Shown one piece after another: positions 1 through 13,699 of a DNA stretch of 64,000 nt. Location: positions 19,406,001 through 19,470,000 of the forward strand of contig NC_043010.1 of assembly GCF_006345805.1 (NCBI RefSeq), written 5' to 3'. The DNA comes from Octopus sinensis (Eukaryota). The position numbers and the translations under genes are program-made. Every line of letters starts with the position of its first letter. The first letter of the stretch is position 1. The notes beneath the pieces are model-generated. The model ran no database searches, was not told where the DNA came from, and was given only the letters and a program-made list of their open reading frames with translations.

Positions 1-569
1 AAACATCTCTGCGATACCAAGCAAACTCATACGGGTATTAAGTCGATTAGTAGTGTCCATTATTTAAAACAAAGCAAGCTGGAGGTTTTGTCGAATTATA
101 AGGCTTATGTGGCTTTCTATATCTGGATTTCTATGTCATTATCATTATGGGTGTTGTATGACTTGACAAAGCTTACAAATCTACTGAGTAACAATTTAGA
201 GATGAAGGAATAAAACTAGACGATGTCTAATTGAGTAAATGTGTACTCATTTTTGAGATCAGAGACGAAATAATCCATGTGGTCTTTGAGAATTTTATAC
301 AGTTTGCGTTTAACCGCTGCAATACTTAGTTCCCTGTGTTATTACGAATACGTAAACGAACAAACAACATGAAAGCGTACACACGCAATGTTTCTAAACT
401 GCTTAGAATTTGGTAAAATTTGGAAATTTACTGTAAATATTTTTAATTTAAGGTTGGTAGCCAACCTCACTGAAAGACATAGATAAGTTCCTTATACCAT
501 AATTTAGGCACAAATTCAATCAGAACTTAATGTTACAGTAGCAAAGTATAATATATATATATATATATA

Positions 570-750
570 TTAGAAAAAAAACACCTTTTATCAATTCAAG
601 AGGAACAATTAAATTACACCATGAATTGATAAAAGATGGGGTTTTTCTAATTTATATATATATATATTATATTTTGTGAAATTTGATTTAGTATTTCTAA
701 ATTGAATTTTTCCCTGTAAGTTAGGAATAATATTCCCTCAAATAATAATT
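570..750. mobile_element. Penelope-like terminal remnant with inverted end
   Basis: 29-bp imperfect inverted repeat 570-598 / 622-650 (TTAGAAAA..CTTTTATCAATTCA). It shares the ATTTTTCCCTGTAAGTT..TTCCCT tail with the 6000-6365 element. Confidence 0.4.
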
Positions 751-904
751 ATTATATATATATACAGGGTTCTTTTATATTTATATGATGTCTTTTGCTG
801 CAAACATGAAACTTAAAGTTACGGAACAATAAAGTAACTGCAACTCCGATAACGCAATAAATATGATGTACTACATGCATACAGATACAGGGACACACAA
901 ACAC

Positions 905-1212
905 ATACATGTATATACATACATACATACATACATACATACATACATACATACATACATACATACATAATACATATATATATATATATGTATACAGGTG
1001 TGTATGCGTATGTTAATATGGCTATCGAAACTTTTACCTATTGCTGTAGTGTATGTATTTATGCACGCAAAGGCTGAGAATATATGTATGTATGTGAGTA
1101 TGTATGAATATCTGTAAAAATTCATACATTGATACCTATATACATACATACATACATATATATATATATACAAATATGTATATACACATACATATACATA
1201 TATATGTACATA

Positions 1213-1249
<37 letters not shown>

Positions 1250-1312
1250 CGTTTTTAATGCATGTATGTATACATATACATATATACATGTATATTCATA
1301 TATATACGTATG

Positions 1313-1347
<35 letters not shown>

Positions 1348-1470
1348 AACGAGTGTGTGCAGTTACATAACAGTTTGTGAAAATCCGGTATGATTGTAGT
1401 GTAATGAAAAATGATATATATATATATACATATATATATATGTATGTGTGTGTGTGTGTATTATATATCT
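905..1470. repeat. Compound (TACA)/(TA)/(TATG)/(TG) microsatellite block
   Basis: Direct reading; source of the YI/YVCM-type ORFs in the track. Confidence 0.95.
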
Positions 1471-1631
1471 ACACACACATGCATACATATTTAGAGGCAT
1501 ATATAATATATAAGTGTATGCGTGCATGTGTATATGTGTGCGTATGTAGTATATATTCCTAAACCTAAAACTCGAAGACTTAGAACTTAAAAACTGACAC
1601 ACAAATAATACTTTGCATCATATTTGAATAG

Positions 1632-1632
<1 letters not shown>

Positions 1633-1676
<44 letters not shown>

Positions 1677-1812
1677 TATTATTATTATTATTATTATTAT
1701 ATTATTATTATTATTATATTATTATTATATTATTATTATTATCATTATTATCATTATTATTATTATTATTATTATTATATTATTATGATTATTATTATTA
1801 TTATTATTATTT
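1633..1812. repeat. (ATT)n microsatellite, imperfect
   Basis: Direct reading. Confidence 0.95.
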
Positions 1813-2175
1813 TCTTTCCGGTACCAAACAAAACGTCCATGTTTTCAGTGAAAGTGAGAGTCTATATGTATGCGTAGTTGCCATGTTTTAAGTTTATATT
1901 TGCCATCGAGAGTACAATATCGAGAGAGTAGTGTGTCGTATTGTAGGTTGGTAGTGATGATTAAATGTTGAATATATTAATCAGAAAAAAATATTTACAT
2001 ATCGCAACAACAATCAACATGAATCTGGAAAATATTCCGAATAGAAACGGAAACCGAAGAAATTCAAGGAATTTTACAATTCTTACTGAAGTATTAATTA
2101 AATAAATGTTATATATATATATAAATATGTATAAGTATATATATATATATATCTATATATATATATATAATATAT

Positions 2176-2252
<77 letters not shown>

Positions 2253-2879
2253 ATATACAAATTCCAATGCCTGAAGATTAGCATCACGCCTGAAACTTGA
2301 ATATTAAAGAAATTTGAATCAAGATATTTGATCCACACACTCAAACACACACACACTCGCACGCACACACACACACACACACAAATGTATGTATATGTGT
2401 GTGTGTTTATACATTCATCCAGCCATACATGCATACATGCATACGTACATAAGAAATGAATGAGCGTTAACAGTTCAATCCATACCTCTTATGTTTCCCT
2501 ATCATAGCGTTTTATTAAGAGTTCATGGCTGGCATATTGTATGACGTAATGCATGAATAAAATGCCATGTCATTGAAACATATGTAGCATGAAGTAAACG
2601 GCTAACGTCCATTCATCTCCTTTTATTATATCTGTTTATCGCATGCCGCACGTAACTAATGTTATTACTGAGATTGCAGTTGTAGAGTATTTGTTATAAT
2701 CGCTCTTACATTTATAATAGAATGATAAAATAGGAATATTGTCAATCTGTTTATTAACCAATTATTTGATCAATGATCCTCAATGTAAACTGTTATCCAA
2801 TCACATGCTACCAAACTAATAACCTGATCCAAACCAAATGATACGTACATACACCCATCATACATACACACACGCGCGC

Positions 2880-3285
2880 ACATGTTTATATATGTATGTA
2901 TATACATACTTATATACATATATGTATATATGTATATATATGCATGTATATATATATATATATATTTACATACATATATAAATATGTGTGTATATATATA
3001 CATATATATATGTATATATATATATGTATGTATATATATATATATATTTACATACATAATACATACATATATAAACATGTGTGTGTATATATATATACAT
3101 ATATATACACACATGTTTATATATGTATGTATGTAAATATATATATACATATATATATACATATACATACATATATATATATATTTACATACATATATAA
3201 ATATGTGTGTATATATATATATATGTATGTATGTATGTATGTATATTTATGTATATGTATACACACACACACACACACACACACT
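2880..3285. repeat. Compound TA/TACA/CA microsatellite
   Basis: Direct reading. Confidence 0.95.
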
Positions 3286-3288
3286 TAC

Positions 3289-3624
3289 GTAGGACACCAT
3301 ATGCAGATTGTTGGTGCTTATATTTTAGAATTACTTGGTAAGAATTGTAAAATGACTTGAGCTTCTCCGGTTTCAATTTCCTATCGGAATCTTTTGCAGA
3401 GTCTTGTTGATACAATCAAAGAACTTCATAAATTGCACTAATATTCCCTCCCCGCTCCCCACATCCACCTCTGTTTTCGTTGTAAACTCTGAAGTCAATT
3501 TTCGTGTATCTAAACGAATATTTTGTTCGACGCTTCGTCTCTTTTCAATGTCTTCGTGTTTATTGGATGCGAGTTGCATTGATTAACTCAGCTGCCTCTG
3601 TCTCATCGAACGTGGCCGTTTATC
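3289..3624 (-). other. Exon-like segment (336 bp), non-coding or pseudogenised
   Basis: Minus-strand acceptor TATTTTTTCTCCACAG|GAT at 3624 and donor CTAC|GTAAGT at 3289. All three frames contain stops; frame 0 has one stop in its first 83 codons. Confidence 0.3.
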
Positions 3625-4249
3625 CTGTGGAGAAAAAATATTTCTCTTCTTTGCAGAAATGACTTAATAGACTGACATTGTGCTACATGGTCGCATCCAC
3701 ATGTCTTGTGTTTTCTATTACATTAAAACTATTCTTTCTAAACATGTGTGCGTGTGATGGCTACTGAGGTTATTTTTCGCTTTGTTGTATACGTTATTTA
3801 CTCCCGGACCTTTGATTATGTATTTCTTAGGATCTTTTAAATAATTATTCCAATGGATTATTTCCACTTTCAGCCCCTACAATCAGTCAGATTAATTTTG
3901 TTCTCAAATTTTGGTATTCGGATAATTTCTATGATTTTTGTTTTTTATTTGTTTTATATTTTTATCTTTTGGCACTAATATTACGATCAGGGGATTTTTC
4001 CTTTCCTTCACGTTTTTTTTTTTTTTTGTGTGTCGTCCTCGACACACGAAAATACCCGGACGATTCTTCGTGTTTCTCTAATCTATGTAAATCTACATGT
4101 CCCAGAGTATCGTACCTTTGTCAGTCAACGGTACACTATATCAATATCTGTGGCGCTAAATGTTTATTGGATGCGGGCGAAGATTGAACTCAAAACATTT
4201 ATAATCCCTTTGCTCATACAATCTTCGACCATAGCATGATATTCAAATA

Positions 4250-4272
4250 TACATACATACACACACACACAG

Positions 4273-4311
<39 letters not shown>

Positions 4312-4509
4312 GATATATATATATATATATATACATACATATATTACATACACACATATATATATGCGTATATATATATATATACATATATTACAAACAT
4401 ATATATACATATATAAATACGTAAATATATAAACATATATATATATACATAGATATATATATACAGACATATATACATATATATATATATATACATATAT
4501 TATACATAC

Positions 4510-4584
<75 letters not shown>

Positions 4585-4926
4585 CATATATATATATAAT
4601 ATATTCATACATATATATATACATATATACATATATATATATATATACATATATATAATATATATATATATATATACATTTACATACATATATATATGCA
4701 TATACATACATATACATACATATTCATGCATAGATACATACAGATACATACATATATATACTTATATATATATACATATATATATACATATATATATATA
4801 CATACATATATATATACATATATATATATATACATACATATATATATGTATACTTACATACATATATACATATATATACATATATATATACATACATACA
4901 TATATATATATAATATACTTACATAC

Positions 4927-4957
<31 letters not shown>

Positions 4958-5030
4958 CATACCTGTGCATGTATACATATACATACATACATATGTTTGT
5001 GCATAATTTATATAGATATTGTTATATATA
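4250..5030. repeat. Long TA/TACA microsatellite block
   Basis: Direct reading. Confidence 0.95.
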
Positions 5031-5143
5031 TATTATTATCGTCATCATATTATGAATGATAACGACAATAATATAGGTAGCCAACGAGCAAAAGCTGATA
5101 AATGGCAAATCCAGAATTTTATAATCAATTTATACTTATAGAA

Positions 5144-5253
5144 GGGAACATGCGGTGCCAGCATTGTTGTGAAAGTCCTCCAAGTGATTGGTGGTTTTCT
5201 TGCAGAATTTTTCGTCTCCGATCTTCACAACAATGCTGGCACCGTGTGTGCCC
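5144..5253. repeat. 110-bp hairpin / miniature inverted-repeat element
   Basis: Arms 5144-5173 and 5224-5253, with a perfect 21-bp core CGGTGCCAGCATTGTTGTGAA / TTCACAACAATGCTGGCACCG. Confidence 0.8.
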
Positions 5254-5282
5254 TATTATAAATATATATAAATTATAAAATC

Positions 5283-5318
<36 letters not shown>

Positions 5319-5323
5319 ATATG

Positions 5324-5410
<87 letters not shown>

Positions 5411-5784
5411 TATATGTATGTGTGTGTGTGTGTGTATACCCAAGAAAGAGTGAGACTTATTACCAGGAGAGACGGGAGGAGGGACTCAGGCATTGATGCC
5501 AGCGGCTTTGACAGTTATTTCTCATATAAGTTGTGGGTTGATAAACTGGGAAAGAAAATATTATCTATAAATGTATGCTTCTATGCTGAAATGTATGCAT
5601 GAATGGACATTTAATATATGTATATATAGATGCATAGATATACAGACATATAATTTATATTTTAGAGATAAATGTTCCGTATATAGAGAGGAGACACCGA
5701 GGCGCGCAAGACATTTGAGCAAAAGGAAGAATGAGGAAACGTAATGAGGAGAAGCAACAGACGGGTCACCAATACGCATATATT

Positions 5785-5815
<31 letters not shown>

Positions 5816-5892
5816 GTATGTGTATGTATATATATATATAGATATATAGATATAGATATAGATATAGATATAGAAATAGATATATAGATATA

Positions 5893-5952
<60 letters not shown>

Positions 5953-5999
5953 GAGAGAGAGAGAGAGGAAGAGAGAGAGAGAGAGAGATTATATTAAAT

Positions 6000-6365
6000 T
6001 AGAGATAAAACCACTATTAGGCAAATCAAACAATGAAAAACATAACCCAATACATAAAATTAATTAATTTATATTATTTTAAATATATATCAAAAGTATT
6101 AAAAGTTTAATAAAAGATAAAGAGTGAAACACTACGATCGTTTCATGGCTGTACAATTCGTAATAATTCGAGTTATGGTTACAGTCAATCTTCAGGTTAA
6201 TTGAAAATCTAAAATATAATCAGAAATATTTAAACAAATTTTAAGATATAAATAATATAATAATTTTACTTATAATAAACTCTATTATCAAACTAGAAAC
6301 ATAAAACTTAACAATTAAATCTGATTTTTCCCTGTAAGTTTGGATTTATTCCCTAATATTTTAGT
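6000..6365 (-). mobile_element. Penelope-like terminal repeat (pLTR) fragment
   Basis: Contains a CTGAAGA..GAAACGATCGTA hammerhead-like motif; tail shared with the 570-750 remnant. Confidence 0.5.
6125..6200 (-). ncRNA. Type I hammerhead-like motif with palindromic stem III (partly decayed)
   Basis: Minus strand: TTAAC-CTGAAGA-TTGACTGTA..TACAGCCAT-GAA-ACGATCGT-A-GTG. Core intact; stems I and II imperfect. Confidence 0.45.
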
Positions 6366-6368
6366 TTA

Positions 6369-6441
<73 letters not shown>

Positions 6442-6446
6442 TGTTA

Positions 6447-6652
6447 AGGCAGCGAGCTGGGAGAAACGCTAGCATGTCTGTCGTTACGTTCCGAGTTCAA
6501 ATTCCGCCGAGGTCGACTTTGCCTTTCATCTTTTCGGGTTCGGTAAATTAAGTACCAGTTACGCACTGGGGTCGATGTAATCGACTTAATCCGTTTATCT
6601 GTCCTTGTTTGTCCTCTATGTGTTTAGCACCCTTGTGGGTAGTAAAGAAATA
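6447..6652 (+). mobile_element. tRNA-derived SINE family 1 (OK-like, Nin/Deu-type central box), internally deleted
   Basis: GGCAGCGAGCTGG head, GAGTTCAAATTCC B-box, GTCGACTTTGCCTTTCATC box and AAAGAAATA tail; many near-identical copies in the window. Confidence 0.85.
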
Positions 6653-7099
6653 TATATATATATATGCATGTGTGTGTGTGTGTCTGTGTGTGTGTGTCTG
6701 TGTGTGCGCGCGTGTGTGTATGTGTGTGTGTGCGTGTGTGTGCGTGCATGTGTGTATTTGTGTGTGTGTTTTCATGTGTGCGTGCGTGTGTCAGTGTGTG
6801 TGTGTATGTGTGTGTATGCGTGCGCGCATGTTTTCGTGTGCGTGCGTGCATGCCTGTGTGTATGTGCGTGTGTATGCGTGTGCGCGCGCGCAAATGTATG
6901 AGAGTTGACACGTAAACATTACTGGTACTATTTTCATTCCTTCCATTTGTTTTTCTTATTTTTATTTCCCCCCTGCATATTCAATGTCCGGAATAACGTA
7001 GCAACAAGACCCCCGCCCCACCAAATATGCAAAACATATTATGTATGTATGTATGTATGTATATACATATCTATCTATATGTATGTATATACATATCTA

Positions 7100-7158
<59 letters not shown>

Positions 7159-7182
7159 TATATGGTCGTAACCTCAACCGTG

Positions 7183-7220
<38 letters not shown>

Positions 7221-7496
7221 GAAACGCTGTTGCGTGGTGTGTATATGAAAAACAATGGAAAACAAAATAATATAAATAAATATGAAATAAAAATATAATC
7301 GAAAATATATAATTTCAAAAAAAATTTCTTAGAATTGGGATTTTAAAGGTACGTATGTGTGTATGTGATTCACGTTGAGTTTGAACTTTTGAATCTAATT
7401 TAATTCTGTATAATACAAAATAAAGTTTGCATGCATATATTTATATATGTATATATATATGTATATATATATATGTATATATACATACATATATAT

Positions 7497-7607
<111 letters not shown>

Positions 7608-8425
7608 ATATGTGACCAAATGAAATCGTCTTCTGTGTCTAATTCTCTTATTTATGTTTTTCTTTATTTTTTGTTATTTAAATGAACTTTTCGATCGACT
7701 GCCTGTCGCATCCATTTATATACTTGCACCGCAACTATGTTGGCCTCTGCTTTCCACAGCTTTCCATGGCGGCCACCTTTTTATTATTTCTAAATAAACG
7801 AAACAAAGGCTGCAGTGGAACTTATTACCGAAATTGTTGAATGCCATTTGACCTGCAAGAAATAGAAGCTAAATATCATTAAAATCGCAACTTAACTTTA
7901 TAAAATATATAAAATCTACCAAATCGAACTAAATCAGTAATACCAACGTCGCTTCTACTTCACCCAACATCATTACCATTCACCCTCCCCTACAAGTGAT
8001 GTCGTCATTAGATCCATCACCAGAATCTGCAGTTTCCCAAAGATGTGGAACATAAACATCCGTGCTTTCACTCATTTCAGCTTCTCTCACATGTAAATAT
8101 TTTCACAAGACATCCACCACTGCTGTTATTAACAACACCAGAGACAGCCAATTACGGTCGATCCTCAAACGCTACGAACACATCAGATACACACACACAC
8201 ACACACACAGAGAAGAGAATAGCACAAGTGTATAACGTTCAAAACATACATAGAGGACACAGTGGAACAAAAAAAGAGAACCGCAAAGAAAACAGAGTAA
8301 AGAAAGCGAAACTAGCAACAACCATATTGAGAGAAGCCATCATACGTACAGCATTTAGTCAAACATATACAAGAGGGAGTCAACGAGGAAGCATCTATAT
8401 GTTCGGTCGACTTGCTTGAAAACTG

Positions 8426-8853
8426 GAATCTTTTCGGTTTGAATGGCAGTTTTTAACATAATTTCTAGGTAACTAAAAAAATTTTAAACTTCATATACTG
8501 GTAGAATGTTTATAAAACATCTTTTTCTCTTGGCTTTATTGAGAAAATTCTATAGTTTGTAAGATATTTGTTGTTTTTTTCTTCAATTTCTGAAATTTCA
8601 ACCAATCACTGACGTCTATTGAGGTACAAAACATTCTGTGCCGTATGAATATGTCCCTCGTTTAAGAAACAGATTGGGTTTATTTACATTTGTGAAGAAA
8701 AAAAGATACCCTTCCCATAACCCTAACCCTAATCCTAACTAACCCTAACCTTAAAACAGATTGAAATGCAATAGATCGATACTAGGGTCATAATTATGGG
8801 ACAATTTCATATGACACCGCTAGAAAAAACTGCCGTTCAAACCGAAAAGATCC
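8426..8853. mobile_element. GG...CC MITE family A (Merlin-like), copy 1
   Basis: ~30-bp TIR (G(G/A)ATCTTTTCGGTTTGAA(C/T)GGCAGTTTTT); 8-bp TSD GAAAA(C/T)TG at 8418-8425 / 8854-8861; internal CCCTAA tract. Confidence 0.85.
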
Positions 8854-9605
8854 GAAAATTGTTGCCAAATCTCACGCAAATTCCACCCAGCAGCAATAAA
8901 ACAGAAAGAACACATCGGCCAATGTAATCTCTAATACATAAAAGAACCGGTAATTTTTGGTTATCGACAAGAGATTGGATTAAAAGAGATCCTTTTGATT
9001 CAATACTCCAACACAGTGTTGACTTTTGGCCTCCTCAATAGCCATGAAATGATTTGTTATAAAAATATTATCAGATTTAATAAGTTGTTTTATCTTTTCA
9101 CTTTTTTTTTTAGGGTTAAACAATTTTTAAGATAAGGGAGATAACCAAAAGTACCGATGTTTCTCATAAAACTTGGGGAGTTAACCCAATTTTTTAATGG
9201 GGGTTAGATAACCAAAATGTACCAAAAACATACGATATGGACACGGCTGGAACACCGTTGATCAAACGTATGGGTCTAAAGAACAACAAGAGGAGTGTTA
9301 AATCTAACATAGATGCATGGTTTTCACGCAAAAGATGTAGATTTGCGAAATAAAATGCATGCTTTCAGATCTGGAATAATCTTTGTGATGAGTTTGTAGA
9401 GAAAATGATTGGTAATTCCACCAAATACAACAAGGAAAGGAAAAGAATTGTAAATTTTTATTTATTTATTTAAGATTAAGAAAATATTTGATATCCTGGG
9501 CCCGGCGTGACGAGTTACGTCTGCTGGTATAAGAAGTGCCGATAACAAGAAATTTATGAACCAGACAAGGAAGGAAAGAGCAAACGAACAAACGAACGAA
9601 CGAAA

Positions 9606-9655
<50 letters not shown>

Positions 9656-9789
9656 AGAGAGAGAGAAAGAGAGGAGAGAGAGGAAAAAGGGAAAGAAATA
9701 CAGGAGTACAGAAATTGTGTATATTATATATATATATATAGCCATTTGTGTGTGTGTGTGTGTAAGAGAAATGGAAAATGGAGACAAAT

Positions 9790-10440
9790 GCACAAGATGT
9801 TATTTAAATCATATCGCCGACATGTGTTTCGATGGGTACATTAAAATTAATCTGGAAGGAAAAGTATTGTGGAATAATGTATCTATCTTATCATGGAGGA
9901 GATTATAAATAACAGTGTTCAATAATAAGCCATCTTTACAGATGTAAGAGATTATAATATATAATATATGAAAAACAAAAGGTGGATAGAGAACGTTAGT
10001 ATTTTTAAAATACCGCTAAGGAATTTGACGTCATAGGACAAGAGAAGAAGAGAAGGAAGAGAGAACGAAAATTAAAGGAGTAATGGAGGAGTAAACAAAT
10101 AGAAGGTGAATGACAAATGGATAGAAATAATAAAGAATGGGATGTATGAAATGAAAAGAATAAAGTGACAGTTACGGAGATTATTAGGCAAAGGGGGCAG
10201 ATATTATTTGAAATGACTGGAAGTGTTTTTTCCAATGTAAACACCTGTAAACACGTTCTTTATAGGTGTTGACAAGTGTGAGTTTGGAAAAAGGGATAAA
10301 TAGTTGTTCGTCCGTACAAAGAGGGCAAAAAGATTTGCCTTTATCATAAGGGAACGATCTTGACAAAATTTTCCAGTCCACAGAAAATTGTTTATTACAG
10401 ACTTTGAGATGCTAAATTAGTTCACTAAGACCTGTAGTAT
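9790..10440 (-). mobile_element. Penelope-like element 3' fragment
   Basis: GIY-YIG C-terminal translation, followed by an AT-rich terminal region with a decayed CTG..AGATGG..CCATC-GAAAC..GTC hammerhead-like remnant (~9825-9950). Confidence 0.65.
10184..10440 (-). pseudogene. Penelope GIY-YIG endonuclease C-terminus
   Basis: TGLSELI*HLK..DWKILSRSFPYDKGKSFCPLCTDEQLFI..LVN..ERVYRCLH resembles the PLE pattern W-IL..PY..CxLC..E..I..N..E..CxH. Confidence 0.7.
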
Positions 10441-10807
10441 TACGTTTATTGATATATTTAATTGTAGAAAAATGGTTGGCCACACGGTTTTTAAATTCCG
10501 CGGAGGTAAGTCCAACATAAAAAAAAATCTTTAGTTTCTGAAAAAACTTTGCATTCATAAACAACATTTTTTAATTTGGCAATTTTCGTTGAGAAGCTAA
10601 GTTTTATTCGGACCTCAATTACAAATAGTATTACCATTGATATTATCAATTAAGGAGTGATTATCATTATTAATGTTATTGTTATTATAGTTATTGAGCG
10701 AAACCCTTTTGCCGTTAAGAATATAATTGTTGTGAACAGATAATTTGTAGGAGATTATTAGTGTTGGAGAAAGCAATTGTCCAGTAGAGTATGTATGTTC
10801 AGTGATA

Positions 10808-11625
10808 TGAGGTGGTATCTAAAAGGTCCCGGACTAGTTCTGTAGCGCGCCAAGGGATGACAGCACACGGTTGCGTGCGCAGCGAGAGCTAGCAGTGGTC
10901 TTCATGAGGCAGTGTGCCGAGTGACGTCGCTGTGTTTACTTCGCAAGTTGTGAAATTTGTGTTCATGAGATCGCGTGTGTTTGCTGTAGTCTGCGATTTT
11001 TGTCTTGAACAGGAATAAAGAACCAACGTGAAATTTTGCGTTTAAGCTTGGAAGTCTTCTACAGGAATATTGAGTTTATGGCGACGAGGCAATGGGTCGG
11101 TCGTACACAATGTTTCGAATGGCACAGGCACTCCAAAAACGGAAGAACGTCCCTGAAAGAGATGAGCGTCACCCCAGGAAATGTGGTGGGGCCAATCAAG
11201 AGTTGTACAGCAACGTTTTGAAACGTCTGAGGGATGACATTTGGCGAAAGCGACCGGATCTGTGGATTGTATTCTTCACTGAGTTCTCGTGATTTCTTTG
11301 CCAAAAACAACATGTTATTGCTTCCGCACTCGCCTTATTCACCAGATTAAGCACCTGCAGGCTTCCATCTCCTCTCCAAGATGAAAAGACAGCTCAAAGA
11401 TCGCCGTTTTAACACCGCTGCCGAGATCCAGAGCGAATCACAGAAGGTCCTCGGCTCGCTGATGGAAAACGATTTCTAAGCCGGATTCCAAAACTGGCAG
11501 GGAGGCTAGGTCCGGTGTATTGCTGAGAAAGGTGACTATTTCGAAAGAAATGATGTTGAGACTTCGGTGAATGAGTTATTCTTTATTAAACATAACTAAT
11601 CCGGGAATCTTTTGATACCACCTCG
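10808..11625 (+). mobile_element. Internally deleted non-autonomous mariner (~820 bp)
   Basis: TIRs (T/C)GAGGTGGTATC..AAAG..CCCGGA.TAGT with TA on both sides. Frameshifted remnants: YGDEAM, RTQCFEWH, LPHSPYSPD*AP, RCIAEKGDYFE. Confidence 0.9.
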
Positions 11626-12020
11626 TACATTCATTGAGTTCGTGTTTTATTGACTCAGGCGTAGATAGGTACCATCCAGCAGGTTCAGTACTATGTGAAA
11701 TGTTACGGTCTACCTGGTCGTAAACAAGTTGCAAGCAGGGGCACAGTCCACCCAGTTGTAAATAGGTTTGACGTAGAGGCACAGCTCTGAACAATTGTTG
11801 TATAGATGACGGCTACAGAGCCAGAAACATGTCTTCGCAACCATCCTTTTACCTCCAGACAGTGACTTTGTCCTATTCTTTGACGGTTGCCAATTTTGGG
11901 GAATTCTTGACCGATGAGATCGTCTGACCTTCTCAAGAGCAGCTGGTCTTAATGGCTATTTGGTAATTATGATACATCATCTAGAAGCAGATAGAGTTTC
12001 AATAAATCATCAATTTATTT

Positions 12021-12176
12021 GGCAGGTGTGGTAAGAAGCTTGCTTCCCAACTACATGTTTCCGGGTTCAGTCCCACTGCGTGGCACCTTGGGCAAGTGTC
12101 TTCTACTATAGCCTCAGGCCGACAAACCCTTGTGAGTGGATATGGTAGACGGAAACTGAAAGAAACCTGTCGTATG
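12021..12176 (+). mobile_element. tRNA-derived SINE family 2 (OR-like), 5' half
   Basis: TGTGGTAAGAAGCTTGCTTCCCAAC..GGGTTCAGTCCC..CACCTTGGGCAAGTGTCTT; repeated in the window. Confidence 0.8.
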
Positions 12177-12278
<102 letters not shown>

Positions 12279-12291
12279 TATATATATAATT

Positions 12292-12655
12292 ATTAACCAT
12301 CTTACAAACAATAACTCTGACCACCTTTTCAAACTCCACCTGTCTAACACCCGTGGAAATGTTTACAAAGTCAGAAAACAGCACAGCTCCCATGACTTTT
12401 GGAAACATTTTTTTCACGCTAAGAGTTGCTGAAGCATGGAACAAACTGCCGGCATCAGTTGTTAGTTGTCGGAGCACTGCATCCTTCAAAACTTCCATGC
12501 TTCCTGAGATTCGCCAACACTACACCTGATTTTCTCCCCTCCATACACACGCAAGCATGTATCTGACTCATACACTGTTCACTTTCCAGACATTTGTACA
12601 TTACTGCATATTCTTTATACGCACTTTTGCACTGTATACAATAATTTCATTATTA
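12292..12655 (+). mobile_element. CR1-type LINE 3' end
   Basis: NTRGNVYKVRKQHSSHDFWKHFFTLRVAEAWNKLPASVVSCRSTASFKTSM matches the CR1 ORF2 C-terminus (TRGH..K..FF..RV..WN.LP..VV..SFK); ends in an (ATT)-like tail. Confidence 0.85.
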
Positions 12656-13294
12656 TTATATTATATATATATATATATATTGTTTATCAGTGTGTAGATA
12701 CACGAAGAGAAGACCATCGATAGGACTTCTTACATGCTAGAAAGGGCAGTCACAACACAAATCACGAAAATAATACCTAAGGCACGTTGCATGAGAGCAC
12801 TAGAATGAATAAAAATTTAGTAAGCCTTATACTCATGATTAATGACTTAATAAAACAATTAATCAATCCGCCATTTGTAGCTCGTCAGTAAGTAATTTTC
12901 AATTTTATTCTTAAATATTTCTCGTGCAATAAAAGGACAGACTATGCACTTTAATTCAAGGTTAAGTATTTAATCTTATCCAACAAACCGCTGGATTACA
13001 GAGATTACTCCTATCCTTAAGTTAATCTATCATCAAATATCATGGACTAACAAAATAAAACAACCGCATTATCAGGTTTGATAAATATGAGAGTTATTTC
13101 CCGTTTGTACGTTTATTAGAAAAGGTAGTTACCTCCCTTACTAAATGCTCCAGATTTCATTTCGAAATAAAAATGTCATCTCTTATCCAGCTTCCAAAAA
13201 TATGGAATTTTCAAAATTTCATTAATACCATGGAATACCGTGTAATATATTCTGCCGTTTATTAACTAAGCAAACCCTGTCTTTTTTTTAATTA

Positions 13295-13475
13295 TTAGGT
13301 TGTCAAGAAAGTTCTTGCGGTTTTTAACCTTTAAATTCAGATGCACACATCTCGGCTCAAACAAAACTTAATTAACAGAAATAAACACCATCAGAATCAA
13401 CATACTTTTTCCAACGTGAAACAAGTTTACTTATGCCAGTAGCGTAAAAATCCTGCGTTCTGGTGGCGATGATGG
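13295..13475 (-). mobile_element. Mariner 3' fragment (Hsmar1/cecropia-like TIR)
   Basis: TA|TTAGGTTGTCAAGAAAGTTCTTGCGGTTTTT TIR; minus translation FYATGISKLVSRWKKYVDSDGVYF. Confidence 0.75.
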
Positions 13476-13699
13476 TACCTACTTTCAGTTAAGTAGACTG
13501 GACTCCCTAATCAGCTGAGCTCATTAAGCCCTCCCTCCACTTTTTACTTCAGAGTTCAGTGATTAGTGACAATAATGACATTTATTAATTTCCTGGTTGA
13601 GTGATTTAGTGTAATAGGGACATTCTGCTATTAAAGTAATTGCATAAATAATTAAAAATATCTAACTCTATTTTCCATCTCTTGCCATCCATCATCACC

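Noticed and set aside
7700-7852. Minus acceptor CTTCTATTTCTTGCAG|G and perfect Kozak GCCGCCATGG
   Set aside because: The ATG frame stops after 10 codons, the donor is poor, and strong acceptors arise by chance in this much AT-rich DNA.
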